The position numbers and the translations under genes are program-made. From Octopus sinensis (taxonomy: Eukaryota): a stretch of DNA of 64,000 nucleotides. Position 1 is the first letter of the stretch. Every line of letters starts with the position of its first letter. Below are positions 13,502-27,000 of this stretch, piece after piece. The DNA lies in assembly GCF_006345805.1 (NCBI RefSeq), contig NC_042997.1, positions 143,406,001 to 143,470,000 of the forward strand, written 5' to 3'. Under the pieces are notes generated by a model. It did no database searches. It was not told the DNA's origin and saw nothing but the letters and a program-made list of their open reading frames with translations.

Positions 13502-15819
13502 CTGCAAAAATAAATGAAAAAAGTGTTACGAATGAAATCTATTAATTTTTTTTTTTGTAATAGAAATCAACAATCAAAATAACATTTAAATTTTCTACTC
13601 CTCATGACAAGTTCGCTGTCCACTTTTTGTTGGATTTTACTAATCAAAATAATTTCTAAACTGAAGAAGTAAACATTCCATGAATAAGTTGCACTTTACA
13701 CAAATATGGGAAGAAGTAGTGAAGACTGATCTTGGGACACTGACCTTTATGACGATGATCATCATCATAATTTTAACTACCATTTTTCCATGCTTGCATG
13801 GGTTAGACTGAGTTTATTGTGGAGGGTTTTCTACAGCTGGATGTTTTTCCTATTGTCAAACTTCACATATTTCCAAGTAAGGCAAAATATTTCCCCATGG
13901 CCAGCATGTTTTCACAGAATATTGGAAATGACTGACAACCATTTACAACAACCATGTGATGTCAAGACAAGGAGACACAAACATACACACACACACACAC
14001 ACACAATGGGCTTTTTTCAGTGTCTGTCTACTGAAGCTTGGGGCTATAGAAGACACCTACCCAAGGTGCCACACAATGGGACTGAACCCAAGATTGCTAG
14101 TGACTGCAAAAAGTGCCAAGATGATATACTTGAACAGACTCAAACAATTAATGCCAGTATGGAAAAAAAAAAAAAAAAAAGGTATGATTATAAATGATGA
14201 TGTTATCAGAAGTGAAAGTTTTGTGAAGACATGTTGGGGCAAGCGAAATCGAAATCAACCAGCCAGGACCCCTGGACTGGTGGTACATAAAAAGCACTAT
14301 CCGACTCGTGGCCGATGCCAGCGCCGCCTCGACTGGCTTCCGTGCCGGTGGCATGTAAAATGCACCAATCTGACCGTGGCCGTTGCCAGCCTTGCCTGGC
14401 ACCTGTGCAGGTGGCACGTAAAAAGCACCCACTACACTCACAGAGTGGTTGGCGTTAGGAAGGGCATCCAGCTGTAGAAACATTGCCAGATAAGACTGGA
14501 GCCTGGTGCAGCCTTCTGGCTTCCCAGATCCCCGGTCGAACCGTCCAACCCATGCTAGCATGGAGAACGGACGTTAAACGATGATGACGATGATGATGAT
14601 GAAAATTAAATGAATTAGATTTAACATAGAATCTCTAAAATGTGATTTATCTATAAAATCAATTTCCCCTCAAACCATCCCAATGCGACACAATAGTTAT
14701 GACCTAGTTAGCAACAAAAATATTTAATTAAATGACACCTAATAACCAAGCTGTGACACCATGGAATGTGGATATTAACCCAAGTCTGACATACATTAAT
14801 GTATGCAGTGAGTGTGAGATAGTGTAATTGGCAAGCACTAATGTATTGGGTTCTATTCAGTGATGCCAGAAAAAGCAAAAAACAATGGCTAAGATTTTAC
14901 TATTTCAGTGGTGGAGTGAGTACAATTAATAGATTAGCAAATTATACTTGATGCTCCTTGCATTAAATGTGTTAATATTACCTTAATTATTGGTTTTTAT
15001 GGAGATATTCCTAAGTAATTTTTCTTAGTAATTAAAAAAAAAAGAAAGAAAAAAAATGCTAATTTCCATGCCCCATAATGAATAAGGAATAAGGAATAAT
15101 GTTTTACAATTACTAAGTGAATTTTTTGTCACTACTCTGGCAACTATGGCAAAGCCTATGCATTGTTGAAGAGGTATAATATGACTGAAACATGTCTGAG
15201 TTGTTTCCCATATTTTATTAAAAAAAGTTTTTCAGCTAAGAGGAAAGGCAGTGTCCAGGACTTCACAGAATCTCTGAGACTGGGGGGAGGGAGGGAAGTA
15301 TCTTCAAACTGATCCAAATGTTTGCAATACAGTGGGTTCTGCTAAATATGCATTCAAGATGCCAGGTGGTTGCATTAAACTGGGCAATGGATCAAGTCTA
15401 CCACCTAAGTGGGCCATAGTAGGATTTGATCTCAGAACAAATTGACCCCAGGACTTATTTTTTTGTAAAATCTGATACTTATTCTATCATTCTTTTTTGT
15501 TGAACTGTTAAATTACATGGAATGTAAACAAACCAACACTCATCAAGAGGTGGGAAGTGTGTGTGGGAGGAGCAACACAAATATATATGACAGGCTTCCA
15601 TACAGTCTCTGTCAACCAAATTTACTTGCCAGACATTAGGAGACACTTGCCAAAGGTACAGTGTAATGGGACTGAACCCCAAACCAAGTGGTTATAAGGT
15701 GAGCTTCTTAATCACACAGCCATGTCTGTGCCTGTTTATCCATAATGAGAAATAGTTTTCTAATTCAATGGGAACATATTACAATTTATCTCTCATCCTA
15801 CAAAAAGGACAACTTCTCT

Positions 15820-16470
15820 GATTCTGTCTGCAACAAACCTATCATTTTCGCAAAACAGTAGTTAACAACCATCTCAAGTTTTTCTTCCTTCTCAGTCTCC
15901 ATCAGTCCAGCTTTCATAAAAATCACATCTAAGGGCTTGCTCTTGATGTCTTATTAGTGGTCTTTTGCCCTTGAGAAGTTCAACATAAGACAGAGAAATG
16001 CCATTACATTTCAGTAAAGTATTTGACTGAGCCTAACACAAAAATCTCCTGGATAAGTTACCTGTCTATGGGTTTCATCAATACATTATCTCTTCCTGTC
16101 AAGATCGCACACTCTGATGTGCCCCAAGATTTGGTTATGCCCTCAACACTCTTCCTCCTATAGCTGCATCACCTCTAGCACTCCTAAGAATGATACCTCT
16201 CTGCTAGAAGCTTCCACTGAGCCTGCACTGCTTCCATGAACAGAGAACTCAAAAATAGCATTTGCCAATGAAGGCATGACACCAATCTTCTTCAGCACAA
16301 AGACAAAATCCTTGCTTATATCATCTTCTAGCACACCCACTTTAATTTTAAGCTACAACACAAAACCTTCAAAGTAGCTTGCTAGAAATACCGGCCCTCA
16401 AAATCTCTCATTCATCACAAAGACTAGCTTTACAACTGAGAGCTAGGAACTCCTTTGAACCCAATCAGTT
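15820..16470 (+). pseudogene. Old, degraded CR1/Jockey-clade LINE reverse transcriptase
   Basis: Broken frames give NNHLKFF..LS.HQ..F, NLLDKLPVYGFH and DVPQDLVMPSTLFLL, which correspond to the RT motifs ...SKLPSYGFH and GVPQGSVLSPTLFLL. Confidence 0.6.
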
Positions 16471-18468
16471 GCTTATTTCCTAGAAGGCAAAACTGAGATA
16501 TTAAGACCTATATCGGAGCAGGCCCTGCTGCCCGATACTCAAATATTCCTAGATAACACACATCTAAAACAAAGGTGCTCAGCCAATTAGCCGAAACTCA
16601 TTCACCAACACGCTCAGCTAGCTCACAGATTTGCTGTTTCCTTATTTTACTTATTCTACTATTTTACTTATTCTACAATGGCCACTGTTCCGTGGAAATA
16701 GCCAACCATTTTCATCTAAGCCAACATGTCTCTCATCACTCTACTGTGTCTTCCCATTTATCAAGCTCTGAACAAACCCCAATACTTTTTCTTCCTTTGA
16801 TGTTCAACTGTTCCTACCCACTCACTACAAAAGACAAAAATAACCCAAGAAAAAAAAAAAGGTATGTTTGTGTAGTTAAGAAGTTTGCCTTGGGTTCAGT
16901 CCCACTGTGTGGCACCTTGGACAACTGTCTTCTGCTATAGACCTGGGCTGAACCAATACCTTCTAAGTAAATTTGGGAGACAGAAATTGTGGGGAAGCCC
17001 ATTGTATATATACATATATATGTGTGTGTGTGTCTGTATTTGTCCTTCACCACTGTTTGACAGCCTGTGTGGGTTTGTTTACATCCCCATAACTGTGTGG
17101 TCGTTTGGTAAAAGAGACTGACACAACTACTGACTTTAAAAAAAAAAAAAAGAAACCCAGAAGCACTGGGGTCAATTTGTTCAACTAAACCCTTCAAGGT
17201 GGTGCCCCAGCATGGCCACAGTCTAATGATAGATAAAAGATAAAATTTTAAAATACAGCCTAAAAGTGGGTTGAAGAGAGAAAGTGGTGGAGGAAAATAC
17301 TTGAAAAAAAAAAAAGAAAGAAAGACAAAACAAATAAATAAATAAAAGAAAGCCTGTTTATAGCAACAAATAGAAAATGAATAGAAAAAAGTTTTTAAGG
17401 TCAAGAACTGCTCTTTTCAGTTGATGTATTTGAGAGGAAAGTTATGATCAGGTTCTTAAATGACGAAAACATAGCAACTATTATAGTGTATTTATTCGCT
17501 TTTGTTAATCATTATGAGAATTACCACAAAACTAGGCCAGTATGATGTCATAGTGACGTAGTGAGAAAATCTAATTATATATTCTTTTGCTGTTGTCAGT
17601 GGAGTTTCATTTCAAAAGAAAATATTTTCATACAAATTGACCGCTTCTTTTGTGACATAGACTGTATTTTAGTTTAGAGGGAGATTTTAAAGGTAATGTC
17701 TATTTTATTGATGCAATTTAATAAAGACTGTGAGACTTAGAGCACTCCCTACATGATATTCAGATAATGACGAGAGGAAGTAGTTATGTATCTATTTATA
17801 TTTTGAAGAATCTATGAGAATCGTTTGGCATTTAACTATTTAGACACATACTGAATCATCATCAGAGACAAAGGAATGCAAACAAGATAAGGATTAGGTT
17901 CAATAAAAGTGTGAGAAAGAAGATTTAAAGCGCCAAAAAATGTTAATATGTTAAAAGCAAAATACGAATTATATAAAAAGTTTGGGAACATTTTAGTTTT
18001 AAATAAAAGCATATCTTAAAAAAAAAAAAGGAAATAATATTTGTAAAGACTAAAATGAAAGTCTACTGTGGAAATAAGATTTTATTTGTAAGGACCAAAG
18101 AAACAATTGAAAACACGTGAGTAAAGTAAGAATCTATTGTTAAAGTGAGATTGTATTGGTAAGGATTTGAATAAAAAATCTTATGTTGAAATGGAACTTG
18201 AAGAAAGGATCTTTTGTAAAAATTGGATTTTATTTTGTAAGGACTATTATAAGAAAATGGGATTATTTGTAATAATGACCAAGGTGGCAAGCTGGCAGAA
18301 TTGTTAGCATGCCAGGCAAAATGCTTAGCAATATTTTGTCCATCTTTATGTTCCGAGTTCACATCCTATCAAGGTTGACTTTGCTTTTAATCTTTTCAAC
18401 ATCGATGAAATAAGTACTAGTTACACACTAGGGTTGATGTGTGTATATATATATATATATATATTAGA

Positions 18469-18583
18469 ATCTCCGAAGAGGCCGTAAGATATTTTTGTTA
18501 ATGTCTCATTTATACCTGCAATATATGGCTAATATAGGTTAAATGAGACATACTTATCTGCATGGCCGAAACAGCTGTCAGTT
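18469..18583 (+). ncRNA. Type I hammerhead ribozyme fold (PLE/retrozyme type) with long stem II and U4C core variant
   Basis: ATCT-CCGAAGA(18473-79)-GGCC...GGCC(18564-67)-GAAA-C-AGCT-GTC|-AGTT. Stem II contains the hairpin TGTCTCATTTA/TAAATGAGACA. Stem III is palindromic (ACAGCTGT). Confidence 0.65.
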
Positions 18584-18769
18584 ATAATGTATATGTATTT
18601 TTATATCTTGTTATATTTATTTAGTTATATCTCATTATATCGATTGTAATTATTGTACTGTATTAATGTCTAATCTTAATGCTCTTGTGTAGTGTTTTAA
18701 TAAAGTATATGATTCGGTATTATCTGATAGTTGATGAATGATTTAGATATATTTCTCCATTTTCTCATT

Positions 18770-19417
18770 TTGTATATATATATATATATACACAGACACA
18801 CACATACACACAAATATATATATACACATACATATATAAATATATAATTATATAGATATGTATGTACATACATAAATATACATACATTTTCATATATACA
18901 CATATCTATATACACATACACACATATATAAAGATATATATATACACACATGTACATAGATATACATACATATACATCATCATCATCCATCATTTTGAAT
19001 CCTGGTTTTGTCTCTGTTAATGGGGATGGCTAGATCTACTTCAGTGCCACAGCAACCGCCCTGACACAATCTCACCCAATTTTGGATGACCTTCTTTCTC
19101 AAGCCAACCCTCCCAGTCTCCTCTTCCACCTGTCCCCTCCACATTTTCCTTGGTCTACCATGCTTTCGCTGTTCGTACACATATATATATGTGTATATAT
19201 ACATAAACATACATAAATAAATATATACATGTATATATATATATATATTTACATATATACATGCACACACACATATATATACTACAACACACATATATAC
19301 ATACATATATATATATAATATACATACATACATGCACACACACATATATATACATACACACACACATATATACATACATATATATAATTATATATATACA
19401 TCATACATCACACACAC

Positions 19418-19456
<39 letters not shown>

Positions 19457-19505
19457 CTATATATATATATCTATCTACATATATATATATTATATATACA
19501 TACAT

Positions 19506-19539
<34 letters not shown>

Positions 19540-19918
19540 CATACATATTATATATATACATACATATATATAATATTATATATACATACATATATATATA
19601 TATATACATACATACATATATTATACATACATACATATATACATATATATATATATAATACACATACATACATACATATATATATATACACTACATACAT
19701 ACATATATATACATATATATATATAATACATACATATATATACATATATATATACATACATACATATATACATATATATATATACTACATACATATATAT
19801 ACATATATATATATATATATACATACATACATATATATACATATATATATATATATACATACATACATATATATACATATATACATACATACATATATAT
19901 ACATAGATATATATATAT

Positions 19919-19953
<35 letters not shown>

Positions 19954-20075
19954 CATACATACATACACACATATATATACATATATATATTATATTACAT
20001 ACATACATACACACATATATACATATATATATATATATATATACATACATACATACACACATATATATATATATA
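18770..20075. repeat. Long compound (TA)n/(TACA)n microsatellite field, interrupted by an RTE fragment at about 18975-19180
   Basis: Directly visible. It produces the spurious Y/I/H/T-rich ORFs in the track. Confidence 0.95.
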
Positions 20076-20077
20076 TG

Positions 20078-21068
20078 ATTGATTGATTGATGATTGATTG
20101 ATTCCAGTTTCAGCTCATGAGCTGTGGCCATGCTGGGGCACCGCCATTTGTGTTTGCTACTTGGTTCACTTCATGGAGGCTTTCTAGCAACTGCTATTTG
20201 GTGCATGAGAGAGTTCGATGCAGCTGCCCTCATCTGCCCCTCCTGCCGTGAAGTTGGTTCATCTGGGACACCTGACAGGAAGAGATCCAGCTCCATTTTA
20301 AAGACATCTGTATCCACCCCATGCAGGTCTCTCAGGTTCATCGGGAGGATATTGAAGAGCTGTGGGCCCGGAGCCCAGGCTATCACAGAATCTTGTCCTA
20401 CATCTTGATGGAAGTTTGGAGTCCATGCACCACGCAGTGGCGCCCAGTTCTGGCGTTTGCGTACTCTCGATGCCAAGTTCAGGACACTTCCCTCAGATCT
20501 TCCAGATGTATATTATGGCTATCTTTCCCGCCTCGCTCCAGGGATATAATTTTAATCTCTTGAGTCTTTCCCAGTAGCTTACATTCTGCATAGAGGCTAT
20601 CTTCTTCGTGTAGCTTCGTTGGATCGCCTCAAGTTCTGTGATCAACTTGACACTGGATGGTGACCATAGCTGAGAGCAATAGTCAAAGTGACTTAGGACA
20701 ATGTCTTCCAGAGGACCATCATGGTTTCTTGTTCTCTTGTTCTAAAGGTTCTAAGAATCCATCCAGCCAGGCGTCTGCATTTCACTGTCATTTTAGCAAC
20801 ATGTACATGAAAGGTCGCGTCATCACTATGTGAATACCCAGGTCACGCACTGATTGTGCCTCTGGGATTGCAATCCCTCCGGGTCCAGTGTATTCCTTGG
20901 GTATTGCATTCAGTTTTGCATGCTGATAGTATAAAGCTTGAAACTTTTCAGCATTGAACTGCATGCTATTCTTTTCAGCCCACTGGTAAATTTCGTCCAG
21001 CTCATATTGCAGGTGCCTAGTGTCTTCAGGGTTCTGTATTGCCTGTGAAACTTTTGTATCATCTGCAT
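20078..21068 (-). mobile_element. 5'-truncated CR1/L2-like LINE (RT C-terminal half plus 3' tail)
   Basis: YADDTKVSQAIQNPEDTRHLQYELDEIYQWAEKNSMQFNAEKFQAL...VRDLGI, followed by GPQLFNILP...FKMELDLFLSGVPDEP...ASNSL, with a (ATCA)n tail at 20078-20103. Confidence 0.85.
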
Positions 21069-21199
21069 ATATATGTATATACATACATACATATATATAA
21101 TATATATATATATATAGACATACATATACATTTATATACATATAGTAAATCCAAACAAGAACAAGCAAGAAAAAACTACAATCCAAGGCTAGTGATCTA

Positions 21200-23069
21200 T
21201 CATGGCGAATGCTGGAAAGAGGGGTCACATAGGAGAGCTAAAGTAGTGGTGATCCCAAAACGAAGGTGTGTGTGCGTATGTCAAAGCGTGTATGTGCGTG
21301 TGGGCTGGTGACATTGATGTGTGTAGATGATGGTGTAGGTGCTGGAAAGTGGTCAGTGCTAGTGTGTGTGGTATGGTGGTTGGGGTGTGGGAGAGGCGAG
21401 AGTGGGGGAAGCAAGGGTGAGTCTAAGGCATAGGGTGGGGATGGGATGTATAGGGATGGTAGGGTTGGAATGTCTAGGGGTGGGTAACAAGGGAGAGGGT
21501 GGAAGGGAGAAGGTGGGAAGAAGTGAAGAGAAGAAGGTGCCAGAGCAAGAGAGAAGAGGTGGATGGGAGGAAGTATGTGTGAGAGGAAGAGAGGACGTGG
21601 GTTAGATGAAGAGTGGAGGAGAGTTGAGCCCATGTGGTGCAAAGGAGCAAAGAGAGAAGATAATCCCTGCTCACAGTTAAGATGGGAGTCCGGATGGTCC
21701 CTGTGCAAGGACAATCCAAACACAGACAGGTGTTGTAAAGAGTGACTGGTAGAGCAAAAATGGCACGAGACCGGGTGTCATTGCCAAGTTGGATGTCTTG
21801 AAGGTGTTCCGTGAACTGGACAGCCAAGCGGTGTCCTGTTTGACTGATGTATAGAGGACAGAGCAAGCAGGAGATGCAGTAGATGATGATGCTAGAAGCA
21901 CAGGTGAAAGAGTCAGTGATATAATAGAGTTGATGATGGGTGTCTGTGAGGAGGGTGGTGTTGGAGAGGTAAGGGCAAGTGCGGGAGCAGAGGAATGAGC
22001 TAGGTTGGGTTAGGGAAGAAGCTGTGGACCAAGGTCTCATAGGTTGTGGGCTCATTTGGAGGGGAGGAGTAAGTTAGGGAAGATGTGAAGTGGAGGGGGT
22101 TGGACTGGAGTTGCTGAAAGGCTCAGAGAATTGTGCGTTGGAGAGGTAGGGTCGTGGAGTGGTAAGTGAGGGGAAATGGGAGACGGCGGGGCAGGTGCAG
22201 GGGAAGAGAGCAGATGCATGGTCCACAGAACATGCTCTGGCAAGGGCGGTGTGGATAGTGGTGAGGGGATATCCACGTAGGATGAAATGGCAAGCCATGA
22301 GTTGAGACTGAGTCTCAAAGTCATGGTTGTCACTGCAGAGCCAGTGTAGACAGAGGAATTGGGAATAGGGATGGAGAGCTTGGTGTGTTTAGGGTGGGAG
22401 GAGAAGTTGAGGTATGAGTGTGAGTCTGTGTTTGTAGTGGATGGAGGTGGTGAGAATGGAGTGATGAATGCTGACCGAAATGTTGAGAAAGGCAACTGAG
22501 TGTTGGAAATAGTGCAGGAGAAAGGGAGGGCATGATGGAAAGATTTGACAAAAAAGAGGAAAGAGTCTAGATGTTCACAGGAAAGTGAGGTCGCACTGAT
22601 ACAGTTGTCAATATAATGACTATATGGTTCAGGAGGGGACCAGTGAAACTGGAGAATATTTGGGCCTCAATATAACCAATGAACAGGTTCACATAGTTGG
22701 GGCCCATTCTCGTTCCCATGGCCACTCCTGAGACCTGCTGGTAAAAATCACCCGCGAACGAGAAGCAGTTAAGTAAGAGGACAAGTTCGGCCAGACGAAG
22801 GAGTGTGGATGTGTCAGATTGGGGGTTGGGTCATAGCCCCTTGTGGTGAGGGATCACCGTGTATAAACTCTTGATGTCAAGAGTGAAGAGAAGTTCAGAG
22901 GGGCCAGGACGGAAAGAGAAAGAGTTGAACAAAGAGCATGGTAGGTGTCATGGATGTGAGAGGGGAAGGAAGCCACTAAGGGGGCAAGGACACAGTCAAG
23001 ATATCTGGAGATGAGTTTGGTGGGGCAGTTGCAGGCGGAGACGATGGGGTGGCCAGGGTTGTTAGGCTT
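21200..23069 (-). mobile_element. Penelope-like element, degraded (RT plus GIY-YIG endonuclease)
   Basis: [32 protein letters not shown] and QVSGVAMGTRMGPNY (RT), and FTCASSIIIYCISCLLCPLYISQTGHRLAVQFTEHL (GIY-YIG), with frameshifts. Confidence 0.85.
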
Positions 23070-23175
23070 GTACATATACATATATATATATATACACACA
23101 TATATGTATATATACAAACATATACACACATATGTATACATACATATATACATACTTATACACACACATATATAT

Positions 23176-23204
<29 letters not shown>

Positions 23205-23207
<3 letters not shown>

Positions 23208-24078
23208 GAGACGTGTAGATTTGTGCTGCCTCCAAGAAGTAAGGTGGAGAGGAGGTTCTTCACAGGCAAAGAACACAGGTACAAGATTTTCTGGGCAGGG
23301 AACACTGATGGGGTCAGGAGCATGGGTATACTTCTTGTGGAAGGTAATCGAGGTAGTCAGAGTATGCAATAGAATACTTAAGATTAGATTAGTGCTACAT
23401 CATGGATTAGCAACCATTATGTCGGCCTATGCTGCTCAGCTGGGGCTACCTGATGGACAGAAAGACCGATTTTAGGACACCCTCTTGCAGATTACCTTGT
23501 TGACGAATGACAGGGACCTTCTCTTTTTGGCTGGTGACTTCAATGGATATGTTGGACAACATACAGGGGGCTTCCATGGAGTACATGGAGGCTATGGTTT
23601 TGGTTCCTGCAATGAGGACGGAACCAGGCTGCTGGAGTTCTGCAATGCAAATGATTTGATGGTTTGCAATACTAACTTCAGGAAACCTGCCAGTCACCCA
23701 CTGTTCTGGCAGACACACTAGCCAAATTGACTACATCCTTGCCAGAAAAAGGGAAAGATGGCTGCTTATAAATGCCAAAGCCTTCCCAGGTGAAGAATGT
23801 ACCCCACAACATAGACCAGGAGTTAGCGACTTCAGGATCAGAGGTAAATGGATGCCCAGAAGATGACCACCATGGAGGAGAAGGGTCTGGAAGCTTAAAG
23901 ATCCTGCAAATGGACAGAGATTTAGAGGCGTATTACTCGAAGCCTTTGACGAAATGGAAGGGTTTATAGCTTCACATGATGTGGAAGACAACTGGAGGTT
24001 TCTACGGGACAATCTGCTGAGGCCCACTGACCAGATCTGTGGATGGTGCAAAGTCCCCTCTTGACCCAAGGTAACATT
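23205..24078 (+). mobile_element. RTE LINE endonuclease-domain fragment
   Basis: [31 protein letters not shown]...GYGFG..NEDGTRLLEFC...NTNFRK, and QIDYIL; frameshifted. Confidence 0.9.
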
Positions 24079-27000
24079 TCGCACATATCTCTTAGAGTGA
24101 GAGTGGGGCGGGGTTGGCCTGACTCTGAGGAAATTTACTAAGGTAGTGACTGATGAATGTGCAGCCTGCTATCAAAACTCAAATTTAAAAGCACTTTATT
24201 TCACCCACATAGTCAACCTAAGAATAAACTTTGCCCTTCAAAAAGCAGCTTGGAATGTATTCAGGGCTGCATGGGTGTGTTTTGAACAGGGGAAAATTTG
24301 TATCCATCTTATTTGGATACAGTCTTCCATACAAGTAACCTACAAATCCATCTTGCATGAGGAAGGTACAAGGAATGCAAGTTAATATAATGTAGCATAG
24401 ACATAATCAAGTCTTGATGTTTTTCAAAAACTCACCACCAAATTCAATACTTTTTTTTCTTTTTCTTTTGTTTTAATTTGATATATTTTCCTAGTATTAC
24501 GATTTATTTCACATGAGGAAGAGAAGACAAACTCAGTGAGTGTTGATGCTAATCTGCTTACCAAACTATTTTGAGGAATTCAGCTAAGAATTAAGTGGAG
24601 GCACATGGCTTAGTGGTTAAGGTGTTGGACTCATGATTGTAAAATTGTGATTTTGATTCTTGAATTGAGTTCTTGAGCAAAACACTTCATTTCATGTTGC
24701 TCCAGTCCACTCAACTGGTAAAAACGAGTAATCTTGTGACAGACTGGAGTCTCACCTAGAGAGGAATATATACACCAGTGAAGCCGGTCCTATGCTCCTT
24801 ATGGAGCAAAGTGGACTAACCAGCTAAGAAATAGTGGCTAAACATGTGCCTTGAAAATCTTGGATTTTTCACACGAAAATCATCATCATCATCATTTAAC
24901 ATCTGTTGTCCATGCTGGCATGGGCTAGATGGTTTGACCAGGGCTGTACTACACCAGACTCCAGTCTGATTTAGCAGGGTTTCTACAGCCTGATGCCCTT
25001 CCTAATGTTAACCACTCTGAGAATGTAATAGGTGCTTTTATGTGCCATTTGCATGACACCAGTATCTGCCATGACTGTGATTTTGCTCGGCTTGATGGGA
25101 CTTCTCAAGCACAGCATAATGTCAAAGGTCTCAGTTATGGCCTCCATGAGGACCAATAGTCGAAAGGAACTCAGTCACTTTGCCTCCATGAGGCCTGCCT
25201 ACTGATAACCATCTTAGTCCTACTTTATGATGGGAGGCCTCTGTCTCTCTATGACATTCTAGCTTTTGGGTAATTCACAAGACACTAAAAAAATGACGAA
25301 TCAGCAAATTGTCAGTCATTAGAGCATTGAAAAGAATACTTCATGGTATTTGTTCTGACTTTTTGTACTCTGAGTTCAGGTTAGATAAAAAAAAAAGTAT
25401 GAATTCATGGCAGCTGATTGGCAGAACTTTGGAAAATCAGGTGAAATGCCTTGCAACATCTGTTCTGGATTCTGAGAGCAACACCAGCAATGACACTGGT
25501 GTCAAGTGGTATTGTCCCAAGTCAGTGGCTTTTCCCTTTGGTATGAAGAGGCAGAGACTTGCATGCATGAGTTAACTGCTAGTCTCCTTCAAAAAAATCC
25601 TGCCCAAGCATGCATACACATGGTTAATATTGACTCATGGAGGATCAAAAAGAGAGATAGTGAAGGAGGCTGGGAGAGACAATTAGGAAGAAGGGACACA
25701 TAAGCCAATACTAAAAGCAAGAGATGGTCAGTATTTCATGCTAATTATTAATTGAACATAAGCTTTTAAGAGAGTGGGATATTATTTGATTTATTTTAGC
25801 TTTTCCTTTATATTTGGAGACTAATTCTCAACTGGGTCAGCATAAGTGACATAATGCTACCTGTATATTTTTAAAGCTACTAGAAAAAAGTATGTGTGTA
25901 ATACCAGTAATCACTGAATCGTGAAATTGTAGTTAATCAAGTGTTAAGGGCAGCATGTAGCAGAATTAATAAAATAAAGCAGAGAAGAAAATGCTTTGTA
26001 TAATTTAGTTACATTTTGAAACCAACTTTGCTTTCTATCCTTGTAGAGTTGATAAAATAATTACTAACTGAAATATTAGACTGAACTCCCACCACTAATA
26101 CTGAAATATTAGACTGTACTCCCACCACCATAACATTCCTGGCTTTGTGTCTGAATGAGAAATTGTTAATTAGGTGTTAGTATGGGCAGGTCTGTTCTTA
26201 GTGAATCCAGTGACCCAGATTAAAGAAGCGAATAGATTAAATAAAATCAAGAAGTATAATATTGTCCATTAAACAGAAATAAAGACCCTGAACTCACTAA
26301 TCCATTTACAAAAAAAAAAAGTATTAGTTTTAATGATTGTTATGGGTAGAGATCTGCTTAAGTTTGCTACAAAACAAGAACAATCATGTGTCCATGAAAA
26401 AAAAAAGATATTGACGAAGTGATAGAAATGCTGTTGATCTTAGCCTAACTATAGCATATAGTAATGAAGACGACGACAAGGTCAATAAAGTGACTTTGTT
26501 GATATTTCTAACAAGTTGAATGACTACACAGAAGCTCCTACCTTGTGTTGAGCCTATCACATTCCAAGCAATTGTACTACCAGATTATGAACTCAATAAC
26601 TGGTGAACATTTTAAATACTCAGCTAGAGGATCTTCATTCTCTCCTATAAAATTGAGTAACACTCTCTAGTATAAACCAATAACATGAGCACTTAGTGTT
26701 ACTGGCATTAAACACCAGATTAATGCTATACAAGCACAAACAAGCCAATGAGGGAACATCTATATGGTCATCTGACCAGTTAGAAATAGCTGCCATAGCT
26801 CACTCAATTTGCAACACACTGTCTTATTAAGAATAAGGGGCTAGATATTTACAGCCATCATAGTAATTAGTGTTTGAACTAATTATAGAGCCAGGGAACA
26901 ATTTCATTTTTGTATAAGAGATTAATAATTCTTCAGCATTTAAACAGGCCATATCCGGCCTGAATAGTCAACCCGTGTTATGTTAAAAACTGGCCAGATC

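Noticed and set aside
19261-20082. 273-aa ORF and the many Y/I/H/T/C/V-rich ORFs at 18.7-20.1, 41-42.3, 51-52.7 and 57.2-57.5 kb
   Set aside because: Translations of TA/CA/TG microsatellites that lack stop codons by composition.
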